From the NCBI GenBank assembly GCA_965217115.1, contig OZ244239.1, positions 1,184,001 through 1,248,000 on the forward strand: a stretch of DNA of 64,000 nt. The letters are read 5' to 3'. A model generated the notes under the pieces. It had not been told where the DNA came from. It did no database searches and saw only the letters and a program-made list of their open reading frames with translations. This DNA is from Bdellovibrionales bacterium (GTDB lineage Bacteria; Bdellovibrionota; Bdellovibrionia; Bdellovibrionales; CAYMLA01). Both the position numbers and the translations under genes were made by a program. This document shows, piece after piece, positions 40,034 through 50,640 of the stretch (its first letter is position 1; every line of letters begins with the position of its first letter).

Positions 40034-42301
40034 TTAAAAAACACTCTTTCTAGACGAATCAACCACGCTAATATTCTGGGTCTCTAAAAACACCGCCTCT
40101 CCATAGGGACTGTCATAACTATCGTGAACAATCACATTGTTGAGCCCTTGAGGCGCATTAAAGATAAGAAAGTAGCCCTCAGCAACTCCTCCATCCAAAG
40201 ATAGCTCACCATCTTGACTGAAGTAGGCCACAGAGGTTTCTTCCCGTCGATGGGAAAGCGTTACTTTATACTCTGAATGAACACCCCAACCAAAAACAAC
40301 TCCTGTCTCAGGCAGAGATTCAATTTTTAAACGCTTCCTTGTTTTTTCTAACCACTCTTTTGATATTCTTGGCACTCGCAGGTATTGACTCTGGGGCTTC
40401 AACGTTGACACGGTTGCCATCAAATCAAGAGTTGCTGAGGTTTCAACATAAGTCGGCCCCACGGTCTTAGGCACCTTTAACAACATTTTGTCCTTCGTCC
40501 ACACGGGACGATCTACACTGCTAAAATAAACATCTGGTTCTTGCCGCCCCTTCTTTCCTTCAAAAGAAAACCGAACATTCCTATATTCTGGAGCCCTGAG
40601 TTCAACGGTCGAGACGTGTCCATTTTGCACAGCCACCATTTCCGTTGGCCACTCCTCCCGCCCTTCTCCTTCTCCGTAAATAACTTTAATTCCTTGTATA
40701 CCTTCATCTAAATTTAAAATCTGATCACTCCTATCGCGACGACCGACAATGATAAACTCACCATTACTCGATGTCTGAGTTAAAGACCCATCCGGGAGGA
40801 ATCCACTAAAGTAATAAACACGACTGTTCGGGTCGCTCGCCACAACTTTAGCCTGCGCCAACGGGTTTCCCTGTAAATCAACGACTTTCCCCCAGACGAT
40901 AGCACCCTCTGAATTATCAGTTAATTCAGGAATCCAATCCTCCAATAAACTTAGTAGGGTTTCCGAAAAAGCTTTCTTCTCGGTTTTTTCCTGAAACCCT
41001 ATCCATGATATTGTTTTTCTTTTCTGATGAGATTCTTTTCCATTTTTTAAAATTGAAACAATAAAAGAATCCCTACGCCATGTCTGTTCTTCCTCTTTTC
41101 CATCAGTCGCTTCTTTTTTTATCAAATCTAAGTTTATATCTAGAGAAATCTTTTCTAACTCTCCCCTAGACACCTTCTCTATCTGAGAACGGACGTCTCC
41201 ATTCAAAAGAGATGTTTTTTGATGACCAAGCACTTCTCCTTTGTCATTAAGCAAAACCCCCTCTATGTATCCCTCATCTCCTTTAAAAGATATTTCATAG
41301 CGCCCTTCATTTAGCCAAACAACGCCTTTCTCTAAAATCTCTCCCTCGAAAGTACGATAAACAAATAAAGAAGAACCTTCAGCTAAAGCCAGCCCATTGA
41401 CCACCGAAATCTCCCCCCTTAAAACAACCAAATCCCTCTGCCTGTCCCTGTCTTCATTGGCAAAAGAGTAAATCTTCGCTCGAATTTTAGGCTGAGACTC
41501 AGAAAAATACGCCTGTTCACGGCTTCTCTGCGTTGAAGGTGTTCGCCTATTATTGCTTGCGTAATGATTATTTTTAAACGACTGACTCTGTTGATTTAAC
41601 GCTGGACTATTAACATAAACCACTGGTTGACCTTGAGAGTCTTTAATCCACCTTTCACCATTCCTTGAATCTTCTTCTTTTAACTCCTTAGATATTTCCT
41701 CTCGTAAGCGCACCTGAAAACTTGGCTGAGCTGGAGTTGATAGTTCCACTTCTTCGATTCCTCTAGTCAACGCCCAGCGCCTTTTTAACTCTTCACTAAG
41801 AAAAGGCTGACGTTCTTGCCTATAGTCGTTTTCCGAAAAAGACTCTTCTCTTAAACCAGAAACATTAATTTGCTCTTCTGACAGAGAAATAGCAGGTGAA
41901 GTATTTTGAATCTCTCTTCTAGCAAAGGTTACAACAGCTGGCCGTGCAATTCCTTCAGCCTTAAGAACAAGGGTTTTTGATGAACTTACTTGTAACACCT
42001 CAGGAAGTAGTTCCAATACCCTAGGCCTTTTCTCTTTGCCTTGAAACATCTGCGGACTTATCTCTTCAACTCCTGCAGATAAATGCATCTCTCTCTTTCC
42101 TTGCAAATAAATTTTATGGCTTACTTGCAAGTTAACATCATTAAGAGCAGCAAAAGAAGGCGCTGTTTTAGAAAGAAGAATCACTAAAGGTCTGTGAAAG
42201 CTGATCCATCTATTTTTTTTGGAAACCAACGGCGTAGACAACATACACGTCACTATCACTGCTACAAACCTTTTTTTTCCAACCATTTCAATGCCTGTCA
42301 A
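40034..42301 (-). CDS. Large hypothetical protein with a carboxypeptidase-regulatory-like (beta-sandwich) domain
   Basis: IVWGKVVDLQGNPLAQAKV...TSSNGEF motif; N-terminal hydrophobic segment. Confidence 0.6.
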   Translation of the reverse strand: MTGIEMVGKKRFVAVIVTCMLSTPLVSKKNRWISFHRPLVILLSKTAPSFAALNDVNLQVSHKIYLQGKREMHLSAGVEEISPQMFQGKEKRPRVLELLPEVLQVSSSKTLVLKAEGIARPAVVTFARREIQNTSPAISLSEEQINVSGLREESFSENDYRQERQPFLSEELKRRWALTRGIEEVELSTPAQPSFQVRLREEISKELKEEDSRNGERWIKDSQGQPVVYVNSPALNQQSQSFKNNHYASNNRRTPSTQRSREQAYFSESQPKIRAKIYSFANEDRDRQRDLVVLRGEISVVNGLALAEGSSLFVYRTFEGEILEKGVVWLNEGRYEISFKGDEGYIEGVLLNDKGEVLGHQKTSLLNGDVRSQIEKVSRGELEKISLDINLDLIKKEATDGKEEEQTWRRDSFIVSILKNGKESHQKRKTISWIGFQEKTEKKAFSETLLSLLEDWIPELTDNSEGAIVWGKVVDLQGNPLAQAKVVASDPNSRVYYFSGFLPDGSLTQTSSNGEFIIVGRRDRSDQILNLDEGIQGIKVIYGEGEGREEWPTEMVAVQNGHVSTVELRAPEYRNVRFSFEGKKGRQEPDVYFSSVDRPVWTKDKMLLKVPKTVGPTYVETSATLDLMATVSTLKPQSQYLRVPRISKEWLEKTRKRLKIESLPETGVVFGWGVHSEYKVTLSHRREETSVAYFSQDGELSLDGGVAEGYFLIFNAPQGLNNVIVHDSYDSPYGEAVFLETQNISVVDSSRKSVF

Positions 42302-42358
42302 GGTTGTCCCTTCTTCATAGATTAATCTAACTATTCACAAAAGTTATCTTAATTTTAT

Positions 42359-42766
42359 TTAGAAAGCCCTGAAGTCGTCAATAACATTACGTTCATTGCG
42401 ACTAGTGGATAGCCTTTTTTGGATTTTCTTGGCTATTCCTTTTGACAGATCTTGATCTTTCTCAACAAAGATCCACTGACCACCTTCTTTTCTCTCAATA
42501 TAAACCTCTACAGTAATATTGTAGGGACGACGCTCCCCTAATATTTTCACCAAAACATAGGCCCTGTCTCCTCTAGAGCCTGGTCGGCGAAAGTAGTTAG
42601 AAAAAAACTCCCTGTCATTGGAGCTTCTTCTCTTCAAACCAAGTGGTAAAGAGGCCGTCACGGCTTTTTTTATAGTCACCAAAGAGGTTCTTTTTCCAGA
42701 GACCCCCTTAGGGGATTGGCAGGCAAATAAAAAAGCAACTGCTACAAACAAAATCCCTTTTTTCAT
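42359..42766 (-). CDS. Hypothetical lipoprotein
   Basis: MKKGILFVAVAFLFA|C lipobox; C-terminal IDDFRAF. Confidence 0.75.
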   Translation of the reverse strand: MKKGILFVAVAFLFACQSPKGVSGKRTSLVTIKKAVTASLPLGLKRRSSNDREFFSNYFRRPGSRGDRAYVLVKILGERRPYNITVEVYIERKEGGQWIFVEKDQDLSKGIAKKIQKRLSTSRNERNVIDDFRAF

Positions 42767-42768
42767 AT

Positions 42769-43413
42769 CTATTTTGAAGACTTCTCAAAATCAGCACGAA
42801 ACTGAGAAATTCCCTTATCTGTTAATGGATGCTTCGTTAGTTGTTGCATAACGCTGTAGGGCAGCGTCGCTATATCTGCACCAATAAGAGCAGAGTCCAA
42901 AACATGCATTGGATGGCGAACACTCGCCACTAAAACCTTACTTGAAAAAGCATAGGTCTCTTTTATTTGGATAATCTGATTAACCATGGATAATCCCTCA
43001 GATCCCACATCATCTAAACGACCGATAAAGGGAGAGATCATTGTTGCCCTCGCTTTACAGGCAAGCAAAGCTTGGAGTGGAGAAAAGACCAAGGTCACGT
43101 TTGTCTGAATACCCTCGGCTGTAAATTTTCTAACAGCGACGAGCCCTTCTTCACACATTGGAATCTTCACAACGACATTATCAGCTATTTTAGCAAGTTT
43201 AAGTCCCTCGGAGTACATTTCTTTAGAGTCGAGACTATTCACCTCAGCTGAAACGGGGCCAGAGACTTCCATACAAATTTCTTTAATAACTTCCTCGTTT
43301 CCACGACCTGTTTTTGCAATAAGCGACGGATTCGTTGTTACTCCATCCACCCAGCCCCGTTGATTCGCCTTACGAATTTCCTCTATATCAGCCGTATCAA
43401 TATAAAATTCCAC
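42769..43413 (-). CDS. tal: Transaldolase / fructose-6-phosphate aldolase family
   Basis: FYIDTAD, GVTTNPSL, VVKIP, NVTLVFS and SPFIGRLDD motifs; GTG start at 43413 with AAGGAG RBS. Confidence 0.93.
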   Translation of the reverse strand: MEFYIDTADIEEIRKANQRGWVDGVTTNPSLIAKTGRGNEEVIKEICMEVSGPVSAEVNSLDSKEMYSEGLKLAKIADNVVVKIPMCEEGLVAVRKFTAEGIQTNVTLVFSPLQALLACKARATMISPFIGRLDDVGSEGLSMVNQIIQIKETYAFSSKVLVASVRHPMHVLDSALIGADIATLPYSVMQQLTKHPLTDKGISQFRADFEKSSK

Positions 43414-43512
43414 TCTCTCTCTCCTTATCTGTAAATCCAAAATTAAATGTTATTTTAAGTCCAAAAAAATATCTTTCCTCCATCTCTAGCACGAGCAGAG
43501 ACTATTGGGTAC

Positions 43513-44247
43513 TCAAAAAACGTCTTCTAAAGAATAAAGTCCTCGCTTCTTTTGAGAAATAATCCAAGAGGCCGCTCGCAAAGCTCCTCTAGCAAAAACT
43601 TTTCGATCAGTGGCCCTGTGTTCAAAACTCAAGACCTCTTCTTCCCCCAAAGCCAAAACAACGTGTTGACCTATATCCTCCTTCTTTCGAGTGGAAAAAA
43701 TCGGAACATCTTTCTCTTTTGCTATTTCTTTTAACTCCTCTTGTAACATCAAAGCCGTTCCACTGGGGCTGTCTTTTTTTTCTGTATGATGGCTCTCATG
43801 TATTTGAAACTCAAACCCTGAAACAAGAGACAGCCCTTGCAACGATTTCTTTAGCGCCGCAACCCCTAAACTCATGTTCGGTGCCCAAAGAATTCTTGTT
43901 TTTTGAGCCCATCGATTGATCTCTTCCCAGTTCTTTTTACTAAACCCCGTCGTTCCACTAACAACTGGAATCCCTGTTCGGGCCGCCCACGCCATTGCTC
44001 CCATAGAAACCTCAACGGACGAAAAATCTATTAAAACATCCACCGAATCTTTTTCAATCTCCAAACACTCAATCTCCTTGAGGTTTTTAAAATAATATTT
44101 AAATCCTAATTTCTCGTTACGACCAATTCCGAAAATTAAACTCCATTTTTTTTCTACACAAGCCAGCTCAGAAATTAATTGTCCCATTCGGCCACTGGCC
44201 CCTATAACTCCTAGTTTTATTTTCTCACCTTCCACTTTCTCTTTCAT
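43513..44247 (-). CDS. dapB: 4-hydroxy-tetrahydrodipicolinate reductase
   Basis: GASGRMG, IDFS, GTTG, APNMSLG and ESHHTEKKDSPSGTA motifs. Confidence 0.95.
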   Translation of the reverse strand: MKEKVEGEKIKLGVIGASGRMGQLISELACVEKKWSLIFGIGRNEKLGFKYYFKNLKEIECLEIEKDSVDVLIDFSSVEVSMGAMAWAARTGIPVVSGTTGFSKKNWEEINRWAQKTRILWAPNMSLGVAALKKSLQGLSLVSGFEFQIHESHHTEKKDSPSGTALMLQEELKEIAKEKDVPIFSTRKKEDIGQHVVLALGEEEVLSFEHRATDRKVFARGALRAASWIISQKKRGLYSLEDVF

Positions 44248-45128
44248 AATCGCTTCCATTGATTTAACTCTTTACGTAAATCAGATACGTATTTTTGGTC
44301 TAATTCGACCAGTGGTAACCTCACCTCTGGTGTAGGAATAATCCCCATAAGATACATCGCCATTTTTAAAGGCACAGGATTAGACTCAACAAACAAACTC
44401 TTAATTAGTCCTTGTGCCATTTTAAACTCCTCGTCTGTCTCTTTTCCGTTGGGATCAGCCATCCAAGACTTTATTTCTCTTGGAAAAATATGGGATAAAA
44501 CAGAAATAGCCCCATGCCCTCCTTTGCGCAAGAAAGGGACAAGAGTTTCATCGTCGCCAGAGAGGACTAAGAATCCATTGTTTTTTTCTGCTAAACCAGT
44601 AAATGGTTCCACCCGTGATAAATTGCCCGTCGCGTCCTTTACGCCTACAACATAGGGATTCTTCGCCAATTCTTTAATCGTCTCCATATCTAAAGTAACG
44701 CCTGTCCTTCCCGGAACGTCGTAGAGAATAATGGGCCCCTGAACACTCTTGGCCACTTCACTAAAGTGGGCTAGCAACCCTTTTTGAGAAGGTTTGTTAT
44801 AGTAAGGTGTCACAACCAACACTCCGTCTGCTCCCCAGTCTAAAGCTCGACGGGAAAAATTAATTGTACAGCTCGTGCTGTTACTTCCCGTCCCAACAAT
44901 CAAGGGAACTCTATCCTGAGCCACCTCTCTCACAAGATGAAAAATCTGTTTTTTTTCATCCAAAGACAATGTTGACGACTCTCCCGTTGTTCCTAAAATA
45001 ACAAAACCATTCACTCCATCTTTTATCTGATTTTCTACTAGCTGAATAAGGGACTCTCGATGAATCACGCCATTTTCAAAAGGCGTGATCAACGCCGTAT
45101 AAAGACCTTTTTTTATTTCAAATTCCAT
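44244..45128 (-). CDS. dapA: 4-hydroxy-tetrahydrodipicolinate synthase
   Basis: TALITPF, GTTGES, PYYNKP, YDVPGRTG, GVKDATG and ESNPVPLK motifs. Confidence 0.97.
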   Translation of the reverse strand: MEFEIKKGLYTALITPFENGVIHRESLIQLVENQIKDGVNGFVILGTTGESSTLSLDEKKQIFHLVREVAQDRVPLIVGTGSNSTSCTINFSRRALDWGADGVLVVTPYYNKPSQKGLLAHFSEVAKSVQGPIILYDVPGRTGVTLDMETIKELAKNPYVVGVKDATGNLSRVEPFTGLAEKNNGFLVLSGDDETLVPFLRKGGHGAISVLSHIFPREIKSWMADPNGKETDEEFKMAQGLIKSLFVESNPVPLKMAMYLMGIIPTPEVRLPLVELDQKYVSDLRKELNQWKRL

Positions 45129-45943
45129 TCGCCACCCTCTTTATCTTCATACTGAGCAGAACCCACCATCTCAATCCGTTCCTCTCTAAAGACAACTTCA
45201 ACCTCTCCTCCAGGCAAGCAAACAAGCACCTCTTTCAACTTAACATTTGGTTCTAAAGACTGTTTATAAGCCACCGCTGCCGCCACCGCTCCCGTCCCGC
45301 AGGCAAGTGTGAAATTTTCAACTCCTCTCTCAAAACTGATCGATTTAATTTTGTTTTTTTCCTGCTTTTTAAAAAAAGTAACGTTAGCTCCATTGGGTTT
45401 AAAACTTTCACTGTTGCGACAGAAAAAGGCCAGTTCAAAATCCTCTCTATGTTGCTCTTCATTAATAACAAAATGAGGCACTCCTGTATTTACCCAAAGC
45501 CCTCTAATTTTTTTTTCTTTCCATAAAATACCATGCTCTCTTTCATAAACAACTATCGAAGGCATTTGTACTCGTATTTTATCCAGCCCATCTCTATGCA
45601 GCACAACGACACCTGCAAGAGTTTGAAGACTTATCTCTTTCCACTGAGGCTCTCTATCAAAGTAGTATTTCCCCATGCATCTTGCCGCATTTCCACACAT
45701 CTCTGCTTGAGAGCCATCTCTATTATAAAAATCCCAGATCACCTTTTTCAGACCCTCTTTTTTGAAGAAAAAAAATCCATCTGTTTTTTTCTTTACATCT
45801 CTCTCTTGAGAAAGAAGAAAACCCCTCACCCAGTCGCCACGTTTTCCCCACGCTGGAAGGTTTTGTCGTGAAATGCTTAATTGGCGCTTATCTTCATCAA
45901 TCAACACAAAAGAATTTCCAGCCCCTGACATTTTTATTGGCAC
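45113..45943 (-). CDS. dapF: Diaminopimelate epimerase
   Basis: KMSGAGNSF, EMCGNAARC, GVPH, NVTF and ERGVE.FTLACGTG motifs. Confidence 0.95.
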   Translation of the reverse strand: MPIKMSGAGNSFVLIDEDKRQLSISRQNLPAWGKRGDWVRGFLLSQERDVKKKTDGFFFFKKEGLKKVIWDFYNRDGSQAEMCGNAARCMGKYYFDREPQWKEISLQTLAGVVVLHRDGLDKIRVQMPSIVVYEREHGILWKEKKIRGLWVNTGVPHFVINEEQHREDFELAFFCRNSESFKPNGANVTFFKKQEKNKIKSISFERGVENFTLACGTGAVAAAVAYKQSLEPNVKLKEVLVCLPGGEVEVVFREERIEMVGSAQYEDKEGGEWNLK

Positions 45944-45945
45944 TG

Positions 45946-46143
45946 CTATATATTCCTCTGTTTTTCTTTGGTCTCAGTCGTTCGCTCCATCTTTTTTAGT
46001 TTTTTATCTTCTTTCTCCTGAGAAGAGGATTGATCCGCTGGCGTTAATGGCGGAAGAGGTTTCCCTTTGACTCCACAACCACTCAAAAACACAAGTGCCG
46101 ATAGCCTTAGAATAACAAAAAACCTCTGTTTGCCTTTGTACAC
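45946..46143 (-). CDS. Small lipoprotein, LptM/LppL-like
   Basis: LSG|CGVKGKPLPP (CGxKG.(P/L)..P signature); upstream of dapF; AGGAG RBS. Confidence 0.75.
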   Translation of the reverse strand: MYKGKQRFFVILRLSALVFLSGCGVKGKPLPPLTPADQSSSQEKEDKKLKKMERTTETKEKQRNI

Positions 46144-46154
46144 AAATGTCTCCT

Positions 46155-46187
46155 AAAAAAAAAGCGACAACCAAGGTTGCCGCTTTT
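46155..46187 (-). terminator. Intrinsic terminator
   Basis: Minus strand AAAAGCGGCAACC-TT-GGTTGTCGC followed by a T-run. Confidence 0.75.
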
Positions 46188-46219
46188 AGAAAAACTTCTT
46201 ATCTTCCTTTAACTCGCTA

Positions 46220-46792
46220 CTATTTACCGCGACGGGAACTTTTCAAGTTAATTTTAACTTTTCCAAATTGACCGGGTTGGATGCTTTTTATCATCCCATT
46301 AATGGGAATCTCTTGAGGGTTAATCCATACCTCAGAATTCTCATTCTTATCTAAATCGCGAATTTTGAGATAGATAGAGCGGTACGTTCCGGCTGGAACA
46401 GTCACTTCAGCTTCTTTTTGCTCGACAATTTCAATATTGCTATCAGGGACCTGCTCTTCTTTTCCATTCACAATAAGCTTTAAAATAGCACCTGTGTTAG
46501 GGTCCATTAATATTTCAACTTTTACTTTTTGAATTTTTAAATCCATATCTTGATCAATCCAAAAGCCCTCTGCCACTTCTTCGCGAACTGACATCTTCAT
46601 CGTCCCTTTTATGATACCCATGTCTAAGTCGTATTCGTTCGTGTCTCCAACAACAAGGTTAAGCCCCTGAGTCTCTGCATTAGAAAGAGTTGATTTTTGA
46701 AAAGAGACAACCATTTCTTCTAAAAAATTTGGCATTGCAGACACTTGAATCGATACAGATGCAATCAAGGTCGCCACTAACATTTTAAACAT
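46220..46792 (-). CDS. Secreted hypothetical protein (DUF3108-like beta fold)
   Basis: Signal peptide ending VSA; VTVPAGTY motif; AAGGAG RBS. Confidence 0.65.
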   Translation of the reverse strand: MFKMLVATLIASVSIQVSAMPNFLEEMVVSFQKSTLSNAETQGLNLVVGDTNEYDLDMGIIKGTMKMSVREEVAEGFWIDQDMDLKIQKVKVEILMDPNTGAILKLIVNGKEEQVPDSNIEIVEQKEAEVTVPAGTYRSIYLKIRDLDKNENSEVWINPQEIPINGMIKSIQPGQFGKVKINLKSSRRGK

Positions 46793-46984
46793 TTTAACTC
46801 TCCTTAGTTATTTTTTATTCAAACAAGCATGAACTCATAAAGGCTAGCACATAAAAAACAATTCAGAGAAAATATATTTTTAAAAGAACTTCTTCAGAGG
46901 CTATTAACTGGACTTTTGCCTAGACTTTTTTTTGCAGAGAGAGTTTGTCCACAGAGGAATCTTTTTGTTTTTTTAAAAACTTCA

Positions 46985-49333
46985 TTATTTAGAGGCATCA
47001 TAACCATTAACAAGAACTTGGCGTGGCTTGCTGCCTTGAGCTGGACCCACGACGCCCTCTTTTTCAAAAATTTCTATAAGACGAGCTGCTCTTGGATAAC
47101 CGATGCGATATTTTCTTTGTAGAAGAGATGCACTGACATGTTTTAAAGAAGATATCTCATCCAAAACACGGTCATACATATCATCTTGATCAAACCCCTC
47201 TGATTCAAAACCAAAATTCTCTTCGTCAGGTGCTCCCGATCGACCCTCTAAAACTCGAAGAATTTTGGGATCATACTCTGGTTCACTCTGATCAGACCAA
47301 AATCGAGTGATCCGAGATATCTCCTTATCCGACAACCATGGCCCGTGATGCCTTCTCGGCTTAGAAAGCCCTGGTGACAAAAACAACATATCCCCTTGAG
47401 CCAAGAGTCTCTCAGCTCCTGAATCATCTAAAATAATTCTTGAGTCCATCTTACTCGCCACTTTAAAACTAACTCGTCCTGGAATGTTTGTCTTAATCAA
47501 GCCCGTAACAACATCCTTCCGTGGACTCTGCATGGCTAAGAATAAATGAATTCCAGCAGCACGAGCCTTCTGTGCCAAGCGCACCACTTGATGCTCAATG
47601 TCCGCTTTCTCTACAGACATTAAATCTCCAAACTCCTCTACGACGACAACAATATAAGGCTGAGGTGTGTAGTAGTACTGCTGTAAAACCTGCGCTCCGT
47701 TTTCAGCCATCTCGGTATTTTTCTGCTCGTGTTCTTTCATTTCTTTACTTGGTAAATCACCAACGACATCATTAAACTCTTCTATTTTTCGTACACCAAA
47801 ATTTTTCAAAGATCTGTAACGTTTCTCCATTTCATTAACAACCCAGCGTAAAGCAATGACAGCTTTTTTTGCTTCGTATATCGGAGGCATTAGTAAATGC
47901 GGTAGTTTCTCAAACGCTGCTAAATCCACTTGCTTGGGGTCTATCATAATCAAACGCATCGTCTCCGGAGAGTGACGCATAATTAAACCCGTTATACACG
48001 ACACCGTAAAAACAGATTTTCCAGACCCCGTAGACCCAGCGACAAGCAAATGAGGCATTTTTCTAAAATCGACAACTTGTATCTCTCCGTTCGCCTGACG
48101 CCCTAAACATAGAGGCAAAACCATGTTTTCACTCCAAAAAATTTTTTCTGCTAAAACATCTTTTAAATAAACGATCTCTCTTGTCGAATTAGACGTCTCT
48201 ATTCCCACGACATCGCGTCCTGGAATTGGAGCTATAATTCTCACCGACTCACTACTCAAAGCTAAAGACAGGTCATTCTCAAGTTTAGTGATTTTCGAAA
48301 CGGGGACATTCACCTCTGGCTTAAACTCAAACATTGTTACTGCGGGACCTGTTCTAATCGCAACAACCTCTCCCTGCACTGAAAACTGCTCTAGCTTGTC
48401 AGAGAGTAAGTGGGCTTTCATTTTTACTTCTTTTTCATTTACCTTAACCCCAGAGAGTGGAGGGTCATCCAAAAGATCCAATTTAGGCATCATCCAGTTA
48501 GCCACTTTTTTAGGTGTTTTTGTTGTTAAACGCACCTTTCTTTTGCTTGTTTTTTTCTTCTGGAAAAAAATCTCTTTCCCTGAAATCTCTTCAGTGATTT
48601 CGTCTTCTTTATTAAACTCAATATCATCTTCAACTTCTCCCAAAAGAGAAGAACTCTTTTCCTCTTTCTGTCCATTTACTTCCGTCTTCCTTGTCCTAGA
48701 AAACCAAGATTTAATCTTAAAATAAGTAACTTTAAAAAAAGATCTCGTTCTTTCAAAGCCAAAATCCATTGTTTCAACTCTTTCACTCATCCAATAAAAT
48801 AATTTAACAAAAAACCTCACAAAGTCTAATAACGTCCTCTGTGTGTAGAAAACAATTAAGACGAGGGCAGCACTCCATAAAACAACTGAAACTCCAATAA
48901 AGTTAAATGCCTTTATCATCAGCTGAGTGACAAGAAACCCTAAAACTCCGCCCACTGAAATAGGACTGTTAAATATTTTTTCTTCTGGATAGTAAAGAGA
49001 CATCAAACTCGCCAAAACAAGTATTAACAGAGTTCCCCAAAAAAACTGCATTTTATGGAAAGCGGCCTCTTCTCCAGTGAAACCCTGAAGAGCCATTCGT
49101 AAACAAGCAAAGACCACCACCCAAGCCGCCAACCCAAACCCTTGATAGAGAAGGTCCGCTAAAAAACTCCCCACATAACCACAGTAGTTGCTCACTTCCA
49201 CATTATAACTGGCTGAATTCAATGAGGGATCTGAGGCTGCGTAACTCCAAAGGGACAAGCCAACAAAGACAGCTAAGCTTAGCCAAAGAATCCCTTTTAT
49301 ATCATTGCCAAACTTCCTCAAGATGCCGTTCAT
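46985..49333 (-). CDS. ftsK: DNA translocase FtsK
   Basis: N-terminal TM domain, PHLLVAGSTGSGKS, IDPK, SRIILD..GAE.LL..GDML, and gamma domain QRKYRIGYPRAARL. Confidence 0.97.
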   Translation of the reverse strand: MNGILRKFGNDIKGILWLSLAVFVGLSLWSYAASDPSLNSASYNVEVSNYCGYVGSFLADLLYQGFGLAAWVVVFACLRMALQGFTGEEAAFHKMQFFWGTLLILVLASLMSLYYPEEKIFNSPISVGGVLGFLVTQLMIKAFNFIGVSVVLWSAALVLIVFYTQRTLLDFVRFFVKLFYWMSERVETMDFGFERTRSFFKVTYFKIKSWFSRTRKTEVNGQKEEKSSSLLGEVEDDIEFNKEDEITEEISGKEIFFQKKKTSKRKVRLTTKTPKKVANWMMPKLDLLDDPPLSGVKVNEKEVKMKAHLLSDKLEQFSVQGEVVAIRTGPAVTMFEFKPEVNVPVSKITKLENDLSLALSSESVRIIAPIPGRDVVGIETSNSTREIVYLKDVLAEKIFWSENMVLPLCLGRQANGEIQVVDFRKMPHLLVAGSTGSGKSVFTVSCITGLIMRHSPETMRLIMIDPKQVDLAAFEKLPHLLMPPIYEAKKAVIALRWVVNEMEKRYRSLKNFGVRKIEEFNDVVGDLPSKEMKEHEQKNTEMAENGAQVLQQYYYTPQPYIVVVVEEFGDLMSVEKADIEHQVVRLAQKARAAGIHLFLAMQSPRKDVVTGLIKTNIPGRVSFKVASKMDSRIILDDSGAERLLAQGDMLFLSPGLSKPRRHHGPWLSDKEISRITRFWSDQSEPEYDPKILRVLEGRSGAPDEENFGFESEGFDQDDMYDRVLDEISSLKHVSASLLQRKYRIGYPRAARLIEIFEKEGVVGPAQGSKPRQVLVNGYDASK

Positions 49334-49394
49334 ACTTACAATTTACGAGACTACTTGAAGGAAGGAAAGGACGAAGATCGAGAGCTTGACCTAA

Positions 49395-50078
49395 GTGAAG
49401 TCTATGGTAAAGAAACCTTATGAATGTCCAGGTCTATCAGTGTTGAAAATAAATGAGATTTTCTACAGCATTCAAGGGGAATCTTCCTATTCTGGACTTC
49501 CAACCGTTTTTGTTAGAACAACAGGGTGTCATCTCCGCTGCACCTACTGTGACACGACCTACTCCTACTATGAAGGAACAAAATACGATTCCGATAAAAT
49601 CATCGAACAAGTTCTTTCCTATGGGACTAAATACGTTTGCATTACAGGGGGGGAGCCTCTCTTACAAGAAGACGTCTTTAGCTTAATGACAGAGCTCTGT
49701 GATCACGGGCTTGTCCTCTCACTCGAAACCAGCGGATCTATCTCTTGTGAAAAAGTTGACCCACGGGTAAAAATTATTTTAGACATTAAAACCCCAGACA
49801 GCGGAGCTGAGGGCTGTTTCCTGTTGGAAAACCTCAATCTTTGTAATGTCAATACCGAAATTAAATTTGTTATTTGTTCAGAAAAAGATTGGCTCTGGTC
49901 AGTGGAATTTTGCAAAACCCATCAACTATTTGAAAAGTTTATTGTTTTATTCAGCCCCTCTTTTTCAGAAATTGACAACCAGTGGCTTGCAAAAAAAATT
50001 CTTTCTAAAAAACTAAATGCAAGGTTGCAATTACAGCTTCATAAGTATATTTGGTCACCTGAAACTAAAAGTGTATGA
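49395..50078 (+). CDS. queE: 7-carboxy-7-deazaguanine synthase (radical SAM)
   Basis: EIFYSIQGE, CHLRCTYCDT (CxxxCxxC), TGGEP and QLQLHKYIW motifs; true start may be about 49440. Confidence 0.9.
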   Translation: MKSMVKKPYECPGLSVLKINEIFYSIQGESSYSGLPTVFVRTTGCHLRCTYCDTTYSYYEGTKYDSDKIIEQVLSYGTKYVCITGGEPLLQEDVFSLMTELCDHGLVLSLETSGSISCEKVDPRVKIILDIKTPDSGAEGCFLLENLNLCNVNTEIKFVICSEKDWLWSVEFCKTHQLFEKFIVLFSPSFSEIDNQWLAKKILSKKLNARLQLQLHKYIWSPETKSV

Positions 50079-50146
50079 ACAATTTCAACATGCAAAAGCA
50101 CCGCCGCTCTGACTTTTCACAAATAAAAGCATGTTTAGGAGCAGCA

Positions 50147-50446
50147 ATGACCCCAGACCTAAATATTTCCGATAACCTCCTCGTTGCCAATTTAAAGTCT
50201 GTCAGCCTAGAAAGACTCGTTAAGAGCAAATTGAAGGTTTTCTTCGATCAACAAAAAAAGACGAACGTTGAGCTCAACGGAGTCTATTCCTTCGTACTTG
50301 AACAGGTTGAAAAACCCTTAATTGAACTCGCTCTACAGGCCAGCAACGGCAATCAAGTCCGAGCAGCTAACCTCCTTGGAATTAACCGCAACACTTTAAA
50401 AAAGAAAATTGATACTTACGATATCTCTGTGCATAAGAGCCCTTAA
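50147..50446 (+). CDS. fis: Fis-family DNA-binding protein
   Basis: VLEQVEKPLI..AL....GNQVRAA.LLGINRNTLKKK helix-turn-helix; start set at ATG 50147 after TAGGAG. Confidence 0.85.
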   Translation: MTPDLNISDNLLVANLKSVSLERLVKSKLKVFFDQQKKTNVELNGVYSFVLEQVEKPLIELALQASNGNQVRAANLLGINRNTLKKKIDTYDISVHKSP

Positions 50447-50640
50447 AACAAATAAAAGCACCTAAGTTCAGTAGTTTACCCCCTGATTTAGTGTCTTTCA
50501 AGGGGATGGAATTTTTTGAACCTTTTTCAATGAATTCAGTGGGACAAATGAAATTGTCGATGTTGCTTCAAATTGTCTCATAAATCGTATAAGTTCTTTT
50601 TGTGCATTTAAGGATGCACCTTATTGGCGAGGAGGAAGCC

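Noticed and set aside
49395..50078. queE as part of a 7-deazaguanine DNA-modification (dpd) defence system
   Set aside because: It is a lone queE among core genes (ftsK, fis, dnaB) with no dpdA/tgt-like neighbours; ordinary queuosine synthesis is the simpler reading.
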